Shown piece by piece: positions 1 to 13,664 of a stretch of DNA of 64,000 nt. The notes under the pieces were generated by a model that made no database searches, had not been told where the DNA came from, and saw only the letters and a list, made by a program, of their open reading frames with translations. The DNA is from Daphnia carinata (taxonomy: Eukaryota): positions 2,852,001 to 2,916,000 of the forward strand of contig NC_081332.1 of NCBI RefSeq assembly GCF_022539665.2, written 5' to 3'. Made by a program: the position numbers and the translations under genes. The number at the start of each line of letters is the position of its first letter. Position 1 is the first letter of the stretch.

Positions 1-201
1 TGTAGTTCCCTTTCATGTATCCAAATGAGATCCATCATCATTATTGGACGAGATGTAAAAGAGTGACGTGGGATGTGGAATAATCAAACACAAACATAGT
101 CCAAATGAATTGAATAATAGAAAAAAAAAAAAAAAAAAAAGAGATCTAGAAGACGCGCTTAGAACTAGAATAGAAAAGAAGACGTGGTTACGGGTCATTA
201 C

Positions 202-3200
202 CTGCGTCTTGAAGGGTGGCGCGCGTGAGGAGCAATTTGGACGACATTCCGATGGCCGTTCGTTCCGTCTCCAGCGATATCCCGCCGCGCGGAGAATCGA
301 GCGCGACTGCGCTCCGGTCAAAGCGAGACACGCAGTTTCAAACAGATACAATCCGTTAATATGGTATCTATAGTTATTATTTAAAAAAATGTTGAATCAC
401 TTACTGGGCTTGGAATCGTGAAACCAAAAGAGAACACGAGGTGGGATAGCTCCTGATCCTTGGATGATGCACGTCAAGCTGATGGTGCTGCCCGTTCGGA
501 CGTAAAGTTCAGAGGCTCCGACGATCGACGCTATGGCAGCTGTCAAAACATTGAAAACAAAATAAGAAAATAAGGAAAAACATAGATCAAGACAAAATCG
601 AATCCAATGAGGTGTACATAAATAACTTATTGATGATATTGTCACATATATTTATGTGTAGAACTTTATGTAGAATTCAGGCAAACGAGAGAAAAAAAAA
701 AAGAAAAAGAAAGAAAGACGGGCGGAAGGGAAGAGCATCATTTTTCAGGCTATTGATCAAAGTTTGGCAGGGTAGGTTCGGTCGGTTGCTCAGCTGTTTA
801 GAAACGGGAGCATGGATAAATAGGTGGCGAAACGCAGAGCAAAAAGGAGACGATCAGTCACACAAATCATCGTGGAACGGCGACTGTCATCACGAACGCA
901 TCGTCGTGACGTTCTTAATGCCTGCCTCCAACAACTACTTATACAGTACAGGCAATAAGAGAATTAAAGACGAAGCAAATTCAGCCACTTTCCATCCATT
1001 TCCTGTTACGTACTGCAACCAGGCGACCACTTAACTCGTTGCCTCTTTCATCTCGACGTTGTCTCGCCCGAGCCACTAGTCGTGTGCGTGTGTCATCAGA
1101 GTCGAGTTACGGCCGGCTCAACATTCATCCATCTCACTGAAATGAGACTTGCTAGATAAGCTGCCCGTCAACGTTTGCACAGCATCTCTCTCATCCTCAA
1201 CCCATCGTCTAACCAACGAAGATGAATTGGCCTCTTACAATGCCAATCGCATTTGCTTTTTCTCCCTAAGAACTTTTCTTCATCGAGACAGCCAAAAACA
1301 GCAACCATTTCAAAGTGCAGCTGAAAAAGAATGCTAGTCCGCCATACCACCCTCAAAATATCTTTTTGTCGGGTCCGGTTGCGATTCTTATTCTGTTGCT
1401 TTGTCGTCATCAACAAGTCGACCCAACTGCTGGTCCATCAGGAGCGGACGTGAGTGTAAGACGTCGCAAGTTGGCCACGACTTTTGGCCGTTTTCTTTTT
1501 TTTTTTTTTTTTTTTTTTTTTGTTTTTCAACAAAATCAACAGAAGCTCGGACTGCAAGCGACTTGCTTATGTTGATGAGGAACTATGTGCACAACGTGGA
1601 GGAGAACTTGACGCAACTCGGATGCCCAGCCAAACTGAATTTACCAGCCCTATTTTCATTTGTTTATCTCGCATAAATAAACGACCCACTCGAGCAGAGT
1701 TGACACGACCTGCTGCTAAACTTGCTGTGTGATGCGCTCAATTGAGACAGAGAGAGAAAGACAATAGTCTTGAAACAAAACACTTCCGAGTCTTGGAGAA
1801 AGAAACAAACAAAAGGCCTATGCGCGATGGTGCTGTAGGGTAGGGGCGTAGGCGGGGGGGGGGGGGGGGGGAGAGGGGAGGAAGCGCAGTTAGACAGTTG
1901 TGTCACCGAAAACAAAACAGGGCCGTTAAACAAACCGGGCGGTTCGGAGCACATCCCGCGGATCATTCCGCACGGATTGAGAGCGCCATCATCGCCAGTC
2001 GCGAAACCAAAAGTAAACTCGACAACACTTTGAGTACGTTCCTTCCGTCCCTCCCTTCACGTGCGTTTTACATCGCGCGGATGCGTGAGTACAAAAGCCG
2101 GTCTGCAAGTTACATCCGCTACGACATAACGCATGGGAATTTTTTTTTTCATTTCTGGAATTCCTTCTATTTTTTTTTTTTTTTTTTTTTTTTCGGTAGA
2201 TAAAAGTGGGAAAGAAGAGGTGGGGTGAAAGCTGTTTAGTATGCGACTGGTGGCCGTTGGCATGATTTGCGATTAAATCAGATCGCCAACCAGTCAAAAA
2301 GCCAAAACGATTTTGGATCCCCATTTGACTTGTTTTCATTTTTTTTTTTTTTTTAAAGGGACGTTTACGTTAGTGAATGTTGTCGGGTCGAGTCTGTCGC
2401 CTTCCTTCCCCCCCCCCCCATAAAAAAAGTCAAATAAATAGGTATATATTCTTCTCTTTTGAAAGCCTTTTGTAGGATTGCGAGTGAAAAGAAGAGATCA
2501 ACAACAATGCGAAATAAAATAAAATAAACAAGAAAGATGTGGCCATACAAGGCCATAGACAACCAACAAAAGATGTATGGCTCTTGTTGATGTAAAACGC
2601 ACACATGAAAATAAGAATGCCGACATAGAAAAGCTGATTCAATAAACTGAGAAATGAGACTGGTTCCGGCCGTTCCACTGATGTTTTTTTTTGTTTTTTT
2701 TTCATGTCAATTTATACAGATCTCTCTTTTTTTTTTTTTTTTTCATTTGCTTATTCCAGTTTTTATTTGAAGAAAAAAAGGCGACGACAGGAAGGAAAGA
2801 GTTGCGACAGTTTCTTCCTTATCTGGGACCCTTTTAGATGACACTTCCTGTTTTTTTTTTCTTTCTCTAAAAGTCTTTGACTTATCCTTTTTTATTTTTG
2901 TCGGCACACAAACGATGAAATATATGAGTCGTGCATTGCCGAATGGAAGGGCTGTGCCCAACAGACGCGCATTGGGCCATGCCAAGTTCGTGGCAAAACG
3001 GAGGCGAGCAAGACAGAAAAGTGGGCACCGACTCTTTCCATCGAATTAGTTGACGACGCACAGACCCCCCTCGAAAACGTCTTTCCCTTGTGTCTTACAC
3101 AGCACTCCAATGAAAAGCTTCCGTTCTTCACTTCCGCTTTCCCCCCCCCTTTTCTTCTTCCTCCCTCGCCAGTTAAAGTCTCTGTGCTATTGTATGTCTC

Positions 3201-3206
3201 GTATTC

Positions 3207-3242
<36 letters not shown>

Positions 3243-6200
3243 TATACAGATTTGACTAATTTGTGCTAATCGACCCGGCTCTTGAATTATTCAACGCACA
3301 GTTGTAAAAAAAAAGGGGAAGATACAAAAAGCGTCAACTTTGTTGCGATGATGATTCAAGTCACGATACGTCCAACTTCGGGTTTAGAAAAACATAAAAA
3401 AGAACAAAAAAAGGAAAAGATCCTCAAACGTCGGACGAGTTCTTTTCAAGTGAGCTTTTTCTCTGTTTAATTAGAGCGTGGCATCGCCAGTCACGACTAC
3501 ACACACTGACAAGGTGATCAGTTTAACAACGAAGACGGTTCGGCAAAAAAAAAAAAAAAAAAAAAATGTTTGATTACAATCGAATTCCTTTTGAATACGT
3601 CGACGTTGCAATCGATGGAAGGACATCAGCTCAGCTTTCTACTTTTCCTTTGCGCAAAAATGAAATTCATCTCGACTCGACTCGATGAAAGAGAATTGAG
3701 AAAAGAAGAAGTGCGAACAATGTGGAGAAGGAAAGAGGGAGAAACCAAATATGGCAAGCCACACATGGAGACGGCCCTCGTGTCCATTCCGTGTGCCGTA
3801 CCGTATTTACTTAACTTGCAAAAGATCTTGGCAAAAGCTTCATCTTATTTCCTTCTTCTGTTTCATCCCTCTCTCCTCTCTCTCCTCTCTCGTTCATCTT
3901 TCGCCGTTCGCCTCTCGACATCAAACTATCGATTCGCTCTCTCTCGCATTCTTTTGTTTCCTTTCTCTCTCCGTCTCCGGGCTGTTCTCCGCTTTTGTGC
4001 GTGTCTCTCTCTCTCTCTCTCTCACTCTGTATAGAGTAACAGGCTCTTTCTCTCTCCTCGATCTCGAACACACAATGCTTCAACGTGCACAGGTCTCAGG
4101 CTCGTCAAACAACAGCCAAATGCCACGTCTACTATCGAGTCGTGCTTGCCAGGCGATCAATGTCTTATGCGCTTTTCCGCGTGATTATTTCCGTATTCAG
4201 TGCTTTTTCCTCTTTGCCGTGCACTCCATTCGAACAAGACGGGCACGAAACTCCGCCTCTCTTTACACGTTTCTATTGCGCTATTGTTACACACTTTTCG
4301 GCTGCGAGCAAACACGCTTTGAAAGGCGCAACAAAAAAGAACACGCACAGGCGCGACATCGGCAAGTTCAAAAAAAAAAAAAAAAAAAAAAATCCCCCCC
4401 CCCCTCTCCCCCAAAAAAAAGAGAAAAAAAAAAAAGAAAATGAAACAAAGTTTGAATTCTTGAAGAAGAGCGGCGAGGAAAGAGCACAAAGCTGTTCTTT
4501 GACTCACCTCATTGGATGGTGGAAGCGGCAGACTAAACCTACATCGATTCGCCAACTTATATTGGCTGCCCCCTTTTTTACGCTTCATCGACTGCTTTTC
4601 ATTCAAATTTCTTTGAAACTTCTTCCTGCTGGCCAGCATTTTCAACGCGGTACGCACAAGACAATATTATCAAAGTTGCCAGCACAGGAAAAGAGCGGCG
4701 GAAAAAAAAAAACATCGTTTCCTTTAACGAACTCTCATAAAACAAGCGAGTAAAAAAAAAAAAGAAAAAAAGAAAAAAAAAAAAGGGAAACGTTTCTAAA
4801 ACAAAAAATGAAACACAAACGGTGAACAACCTGTGAAAAGTGCATCGACTCGATCAAAGTGCCTTCGTCTCTTTTTTTTTTTTACCTCCATTCAATTTTC
4901 ACATCCTACGAGATCGATTTTTTTTTCTCACGAAAACGACGAGCTCATCAACTTTCCTTAGCAACTTGAGAAAAGTTTGCGCAAACAGTTGCTGACAAAA
5001 AAAAAAAATTGTAATATAGAAAAAAAAAAAGAAAAAGCACAGCAATAATAAAAAAAAAAAAAAAAGGAGGATGTAAAGAAAGGAAGGAAAAAGGGGAGCA
5101 TGAAGGATCGGAAAAAAAAAAAGGGGGAAAGGAGAGAGCAGCCGAGGACGACGACAACGCCAACGAATCGCTGGAAAAGATTCGCTCCAGCAGTGTTTTA
5201 TTGGACAACTATTGTTGTTTTATTGCAACTTGATCGTCTTTGATGGGTCGTCGTCCTTCTTCCTCTTCTGCCCTCTCCTTTTCTTTTCTGGCAAAAGCCG
5301 TGCACAAGACGCACATCCTCGCCAATTCGCAAACATCGAAATGAACTCACAAAAACGCAAATAATGAAAAGCGAGATGAAAAACGAAATGAAAATGCCTT
5401 GTCTATAACTGATGGCGAAAGAGTCAATTAAGCTGACAGCAGCTATGAATCGTCATCATGTCATCCGTCTGAACGGACTCGCCGGACTTGTGGTGTTTGC
5501 TTTAAAAAAAAAAACAAAAAAAAAACAAAAAAAAAAAGGACCCCGATTTTCATCCGGTCTGCACGCCACAACTAACACGGCCATTTCATTTCCATTTGCT
5601 CATCTGTTGGCCCAGTCCAACTCGCATGGAAAATGAGTCCCATGTTCCGGCATTGTCTTGACAGATGGCACGCCGGCTCTCGTGAAAATGACTGGGGCGC
5701 GGTACACGCGTACGGGTTATCTGTAGACAAACACCCACCGCCCACAGAGAAAACCAACGAGTTTGTCTAACAGCCGCTTTTTTTTTTTAGCCTATCGTGC
5801 ACCATCAACTCTTTCGTTTCATTTTTGTTTTCTCTTTCTCCCCTCCAGCCAACCATTATTGCAGCACAACACTGCGGCTTCTAATTTCCCCCTCCGGTCA
5901 GTTGGGTAGTTAATGACGCACTTGAATAGACGCTAGGTCTTTCCTTCCTTCCTTTCTTCGTCTTCTTTTCAAAACACACACAGTCCACGCATACAGGCAA
6001 AGACGCACAGCGCTACAGTGCGGCGGAGGAAACTGACAGGCAGGACAAGCACGAAAGAAGAAAAAAAAAAAAAAAAAGGGAAAAGAAAACGGAAACAGTC
6101 AGACCAGTCTGTTCGATATACGTATACGATCAATGAACCGCTGATGTCAACCCCCCGTCCCACATACACACACAAAAAAAATAAAAATAATAAAGAGAGA

Positions 6201-6432
6201 CGGGACAAGGATCCAAAACGACAAGACTAGGGGGGGGGGGGGTTTAGTAACGCTCCTGATGGATCCCAACAGTTCGGAGAGGGGGGGGTGGGGTACACGC
6301 CACATCCGTCCAGTTTCCATTGAAAACGATTCGACCGAATCGGAAGGCCAACTAATAGATAAGACATGCCTTTCACCAAAAACTCACGTTCTCCACATCT
6401 CTGCAAATCCTGCCCTCCTTTTTATTTTCGTT

Positions 6433-6464
<32 letters not shown>

Positions 6465-9400
6465 TTTTTTTTTTTTTTGCCCTATTCCACTTTTCTCGCA
6501 ATCACCAGGAAGGATAACGCGTACACATGGTGTTGGGAATAGCTGTCGAGCGTTGGCAATCGTTCACACCCATATCGATCGCATAATCTTCTTCCGCTAA
6601 TGATGGCTCACACTTACATAGTGTCTAGCAGAGGCTTTTGATTTTTTTGTTTTGTTTTGTTTTGTTTTGCAAGTAATTGAATTCGCCATCATGTCTCGCA
6701 CGGTTTTTTGTTTTTGTTTTTGTTTTGTTTTTACTGCGTCGTTGACCCAGATAGAAAAATGTTATCTCCATCTTCCTACATCTTCCTCGTCCGGCCAATT
6801 ATGTGGCAATAATGTCACAAACTGTGCGGCATTGGCACAGTTTATACGTGTTGACGTCGTCGATACCACACACACACACACAAAAACACGACCAGAAAGG
6901 AAAACGAAAAAGAAATGTGTCGACGACGCGAATGAGATTGACAGTGCGGCTACGAATAAACTTGACGATAAATCAATCGACGGTACGTCTAGTCGAAATG
7001 GGACGAAGGAAAGAAAAACAAAAATAATAATGTCGAGTTGGAGGGCGGCGGAAGAGACGCACACGCTATCAACTTTTACGTGCCATTGTGGTCCCCTCGT
7101 TCCGTTTTGTTTTTACGCGAACTGGAACAAGTTGTTGCATTTTTAAGACGCTCAGTATGCGCACTAGGAGAGACACACCGACACACACACAAAAAAAAGG
7201 GGGCAGTGAATTATTCAGATGACCATCTGATTAATTCACGTACGCAATGATATATCAGACGATAACACAAACAAAAAGTAGATGTCCGTGACTGAACTTA
7301 CCTTCAACGTGAACAGTGACAGGCCAATTGATTTTGGGTTCCGTGTTGACTTGACATTCGTATAAGCCCTGTGATTCGTCCAAACCGCCAAGAACAACAG
7401 CAGCAGCAGCACCGGGACATGAAAAAAGAAAGGAAAGAAAGAAAAAAAAAAACAATGATGTATATAAATTTGTCTATGGCAAAAGAAAGGGGAGGAATAG
7501 ATTAAGTAAATGGGGAAACTAAAAGTATATTATGGGAAACATCAGGCGATTTCAATCATTCGTGACACCGACTCGAGGCACAGTGGCATGTGCGTGTAAC
7601 CTTAAAAAAAAATGTATATATATCCTATAATATATAAAAGAAGACGATAGAAAAAAAAAAAAAAAAATAATAATAATAATAAAATAAAAATAGAAAATAA
7701 ACTTACGGAATCTTTGGTTTGGGCTTCAGCAATTTGCAGTTCCCAATCGGTCAGAGTTTCGTCGGCCGATGCCGTGATCCGGTTGTCGCTCGTGTGGCTT
7801 ACTCCGCCCGACGCCAAAATGGCCAAGTCCGACTGTCGCACCCACGAGACCTGAAATACACAACAACAAATAGACATTTGATAAAAGCGAAAAGCAATAA
7901 AAAAAAACAAAAAAACCATTTTTCACAAATCTTTTTCCTTTTTAATCGAGCTGGAAAGAAAAAATGTCACGTTAAATACGTTGGAGCGTGAGGCACATTT
8001 CCAAAATGCAGACGCAAACGGATAAGTGAACGAGAGGCAATGCGGATGTCTGCTTTGCCTCATCAACACTTTTCTTTCTTTTTCTTTTCGCGTTCGAATA
8101 TTCGTACACACGGAAAGAGAAAAGAGTGGAAAAACTCGGCTAAGAAAAAAAAAAAAATCCTTCCTTTCGCAATGATATGCTTTTGATGATGAAAGCGTAT
8201 CCCACGATCATCAGCATCAAAAGAGATTTCGGGTGACGACCCATCTGTATGGTGGTCCAACCTCCTCGTACCGCCAACCGCCAACCCCCTTCCCCCCTCC
8301 CAACCATCCCAAAGTCTTTTCATCTCTTTTCACGGCACACGACTTAGCAGATATATATATATATTTATATATATATAGGCCTATATATGTAGTGTGCATA
8401 GTTGACGTCTTGTTAATACATCGACTGTGCCAGCAGCTCTTTCTGCTATTCTCTTGCACACGCATCAGCTCTTTTTTTTTTTTTTTCTTGGTGAGCAACA
8501 CGGACAAAGACGATCGAGCACGGCCAAAGATACTCGACAACACGACAGCGAAATGAAAGGAGAAAAGAGGGAGGGGGGGGGGGCTAGCCCGAGATGATCA
8601 TCTGGCGCTATGACATCATCGTGAGATAAAGCCGTAATTGAAGTTGAGCACTAATACAGTGTACTTTGAGAAGACAGAGATGGAGGGCTGTTCAATTCTT
8701 CTACTCCCGGCTGATGGATGGCTCCCACAGATGGATTGGCCAGAGTCACACAGACACGTAAACAAGCCGAGCTTTAGTGACGTGTTAGGCGGTCGGGCCG
8801 TTGTCCCGAAACGTATTTTTGTGCAAATACTACTAACGCAGTTTACGGGCATCGATCGAGTGACGCGTGTGGCCTTCGACTTGCTTGTCCATTAGAGACA
8901 AGGAACGCGCACCCACCTACACACACACACACACGTCGACAATAAGATAGTTGGAGGGAAAGACGAGATGGCAGAGAGTATCACTCACTGCCGGGCATAC
9001 GTGTGTGTGTGTTTGCCGCACAGGAAGGACGAAAAGGATGGCATGTCCGTCAGGAGGATTGAAAGTTAAGAGAAAGAGGCGGGCACACGAAATCGGCGGA
9101 GGTACGACGTGTGTATAGGTAAACGGACGATCCATCAGGGCCCCGGTTGAGTGGCGATTCGCTTCCGCTCATTGAATAGACTTTTGCCGTTTCTGCTTAC
9201 AACGTATAAACCTTTTCTTACGACCAAGCGGAGTCAGAGGGTAGAAAACGGTGATTTGGATCTTCTCCAAACACAAGCGAATCATCACAAAGCGGATCGT
9301 GCTGGTGGGGCGAGTCTAAACCACCACCACCACCACAACTCAGAAACGGGTGATGATAATTAAGCGTGTTGTTGACATGTCTCATCCCTTTCTCGATTCA

Positions 9401-12400
9401 AACTATGCGAAATCAGATGGCTTATCCGTCCCAGTTGTCAGTCAATCAACAGTCACGCCGATTGCTTCTATCCGCAACAAACAAACAGACACAGACACAG
9501 ACGCACGATACTAATGCAATCGCTCACAGTCAAATCGGCCCACAGTTCATTAACGCTAATAATTTGACGAAATAAGCGTAGCATAAAATAACGTACCACT
9601 CGATCACCGAGATCCATGACCCGGCATTGAAGCAAGACGGTCTGGCCGGCCAAGACGCTGATATTGGTGGGAAATTCCGGCTCGAAAAACGGGCCGTAGA
9701 TGACAGGCGGGAGAGGAGGCGGGATGTGTTGGAATCGCGGCGAAAGCGACAACGTCGGCCACACCAAGCCGTCGCCATCGTCGTCTTCGTCATCTTCGAT
9801 GAAATGACTGGCGCCGCCATTGTGTCTGCTACTGGATGCTGAATCGCGAATTTCCATAGCGCCATGGCAAAGTCCTGTTCAAAAAAAAAAAAAAAATAAA
9901 TAAATAAATAAAAAAGTACCAAATATTGAACAATCACCGAGTCTAAACAAACAAACACACACAAGACACAGAGAGAAAGGGGACGAGCGTGCATCGAATT
10001 GTGCATCTTTTCTATGCCAATGTACATAACTTTTGCTTTCGGAACGATTCGCGCAAATCTAACATTTGCTCACACACACACACACACACACAGATACAGA
10101 CAACACGAGTTTAGCATGTGAATTTGCCAACTCTATATGGGCAAAACAAACACACACACACAGAGCCGACAAGCAATTCTATTTGTTGGTGACTTTCCCA
10201 TTTTTTTCGACTTTTCTTCAAGTCTTATCCGCTGCCAGTGACAAGTTGGCGTGTCTGACGTAATTGAATACATAGCAGAAAACGCGCTCTGTCACCTAAC
10301 CCACCCCCTCTCCCTCACTCCCACAGAGCTTGAAGAATAAAATAAAAAAATTTATGCTATGCTTCGTCTTCGTTGTTGTCTATTTGCTTCAGTGCGTTTT
10401 ATTAAGTAAGACGAAATGTGGGGAGTGGAACGCCATCAACGACACACGCGAAAAAATATCAGAAAAATGGCGTCAAAAGAGAGCACCAAAGTTTCTTCTG
10501 TTTGTTTTTTTTTTCCTTTCTCGTGACGACAGCCGGCTCAAGCAAGTACGTGACAACGATGAAATATACGAACGATCGTTCGACCCCAAACGACCGACTA
10601 GAAACACCCATTTCAAGTTTATTCCAATGACAGGGAGGATACGTTTGACGTCTTTTTATTCTGTCTCTTTCCTCCCCATCCAGGCTGTACGTGCTGTTGC
10701 CTTTGTGTTTGTATCTTTCCCCACTTCTCACCTTGCCAACACGGAGCAGCGAAAGGTACCAACAAGATAAAAACGAAACAAAAACGAGGGTGAAATGAGC
10801 TTTCAAACATGAACGTTTTTGGACTCCTCTTCATTGATTGCGATAGTAAGAAGAACACTATCTCAAAGCTGCTGACGTCTTTTTTCAACAAAACATAAAC
10901 GCAAGAGAAAAAGCCGAACGTCATGGATGCACACGGCGATCAAAACTTAAGCACGAACGCGTGGCTCAATGTGGGCGTTCAAAAATCCTTTGAAAAAATC
11001 GGCTACGGAAATAAGAGGCCGTGAAGATTAAGACGCATCAAAGAGGTCGGAAGAGAGAAAAACTCATCAAGCAAAAAGGCAATGGGCAATAAGGAAAAGA
11101 GGTAAAAACTTTGACTCGTCCCTCAGCTCTTTCTGTTCTCTTCGTCCCTCAACTGCTTCGATGTTGTTTCTCTAGACGCCTATGTTGCCGTATTCTTTGA
11201 CTATCTACTACACAGACTCATCCACGGGGCATTGCGTAACACGAAATTACATTCGCTCTTGTATTTATCGCTCTGCTGGCGGTGTTGGCCTATTTTTTTT
11301 TTTTTTTTTTGCCGCTTTCCTATCAGAACCGACTCGCCTTGCATCATCATCATCATCATCATCTCTTTTTTCTTTTCTTTTTTTTTTATTTGGCAAACTA
11401 AAGAGCAAAAGAAAGGCAAGGAGATGTGGAGCAACCCCCATGCGATTTGTGCGTGTTCCCTCGTGAGTCTCTCCCGGTATTGCAAACTTCCATTCCAACG
11501 GCCTACCAAAAGATATGATGGCAACTCAGGGATAGATCGTCAACCTGTCAGCCCGCTGTCATAAAAAAGAAACCCAAAACAAATCAAAGAGTAGAAAGAA
11601 GCGTCGAATGCATAAAATGCAAAGTTTCGGCAAACACATATCGCGTGAAAAGTAAAAAATAAAAAAAAAAATAAAAAATTAAAAGCAATGGTATGAAAAG
11701 TTTGGTGACGTTGGAAACTGCAAGAATCACGAAGAACACAAAAAAAAAAAAAAAAAAAAAAAAAGTCCCCGGTGGCGAATTCATAAACAGCTCATATGCG
11801 CACAAATTCTGTCTCTGTCGCACGCCAAAGTAAAAAGAAAACGAGAGATTATTCAATCTTGTCGACATGCTTTTAAAAATCTCGGGACAAGACAGATACT
11901 TATAAAGTTGTCTAACTCTTTGCAAGCCTACTCTCATTTCGTTTCGGCATGAGCCGTGAAATTGTAGAAACTCAGAAGTGAAGCGACTCCACTACTCGGT
12001 GACATTTCTTTCTCGCACATCCCCCACCCCCCCGTACTCTTTACCCGAGGCTGTTCCGAGCTGTGGAAAATGTCACGCAACACCCACTGGTGACACGTCG
12101 TTAAGAAAGAAAGAAAAGAAAGAAAGAAAGAAAGAAAAAAAAAAAACATGCTTGCCGTATGCCTGAAAATTGTCTCATTATCGTTATTCATTTCATCAAC
12201 AACGGCATCCCATTAAGACATTTACGTTGGCAATTCGTCATCAATCATTTGGCAATGTCCGGCCCCTCGCCCCTCTCTCTAAAAAAAAAAAAAAAAAAAG
12301 CTCTCTGACGCATGAACTGTTTTGACAAGATGTTCTCTCTCGCGTTTCCAAGACAACGTCATTGGATCGAATTTGTGTGTCTTGCCGTGCTCGTCTTATG

Positions 12401-13631
12401 CGATTATGTTCAAGGAAAAAGTTGAAGTTTCGAAACGCATGACATACAATACGAAATCATTGAGCTCGGCTTTTAGTTTCATGGCTTACACGAGGACAGA
12501 AAGTCAGGAGAAACTTGCCGTGATCAATGATGAATGCAACCTCATTTAGATCAATGATTCTTTGGGGGCCAATCAACAGGACACGGTCCCGGTGCGTACA
12601 CAAGTTGAGAACTTTTCAATCTTATCGGTCCGTCGCACCCAAAAATAAGGCTCCTTTCATTATGCAATTCCATCAGTTTTGTTTGTTTTTTTCCTTTCGG
12701 GCCGACTCGTTTTCGAGTTGGTGAAATGAGTTGAGGAGTTTGGTCGTGAGCTAGTGAATAAACAAAAGGTAGCCAACTTCTGAACGAATATTGGTCTTGT
12801 CAAACGTAGACAAAATAACCCAAAAAAATATGTGGCCTTAAAAAAAAAACATCATGGAAAGTAAATAAGATGCTGACTATACATGGATCGTTATTCCACT
12901 CATTGAGCGACAACAGATGCTGCTGGCCAGATGAAGAGTGTAGGCATATACGTAGATACACACAGGCACAGAGAGAAACGCCCTTATCAAAGTTAAACAG
13001 TCGCACGGTTGTCCGGTTTCTCTTACATATATATTTTTTTGCCCGTCAGTGGGATCGCCCATTTCAACCAAGCAAAACCGGAACATTCCCCCCGCCCCAT
13101 AGGAATTATTCCTTTTTTTTTTTTTTTTTCTTTTCTTCCTCCACCGGAGCCCATATCCGAAAGGTCTTTTATATTGTTGTTTTGTTGAAAAAAAGGAAAG
13201 GGGAGACGCAAAGAAAATTGTGTGGATGATGGTAGAAAGATGACGGTGAATCAGTCTCATGTCAACGGGACGATGAGTTTAGTTGTTGTTAATAAAGAAC
13301 ATCCAACGTCGTCTCCGGGAGCATTGTATGGCGACTCTTATCATTTCCCGACGGACGACAGCTCCACTGCTTCTGTTCAGAAAGACCTCTTTGATTTAGC
13401 AGAGGCAAGAGAGCAGCAGAGATGAGACTCACGCACGACCACACAATCCCCCCCCCCCCTTTTCTATTGTGTCTTTCCTTAAAAAAAAAAAAAAAAAAAA
13501 ATAAGGGGGGGGGGGGAACAAATTCTGACGTACGGAATGGGTAATGAAAGCCAGATTTGTATCCGCAAACCCCAATCGTAGCGTCCATGCGTGCCATTCG
13601 CAAATGTCCACCCAAGACAAACTGATAAGGA

Positions 13632-13664
<33 letters not shown>

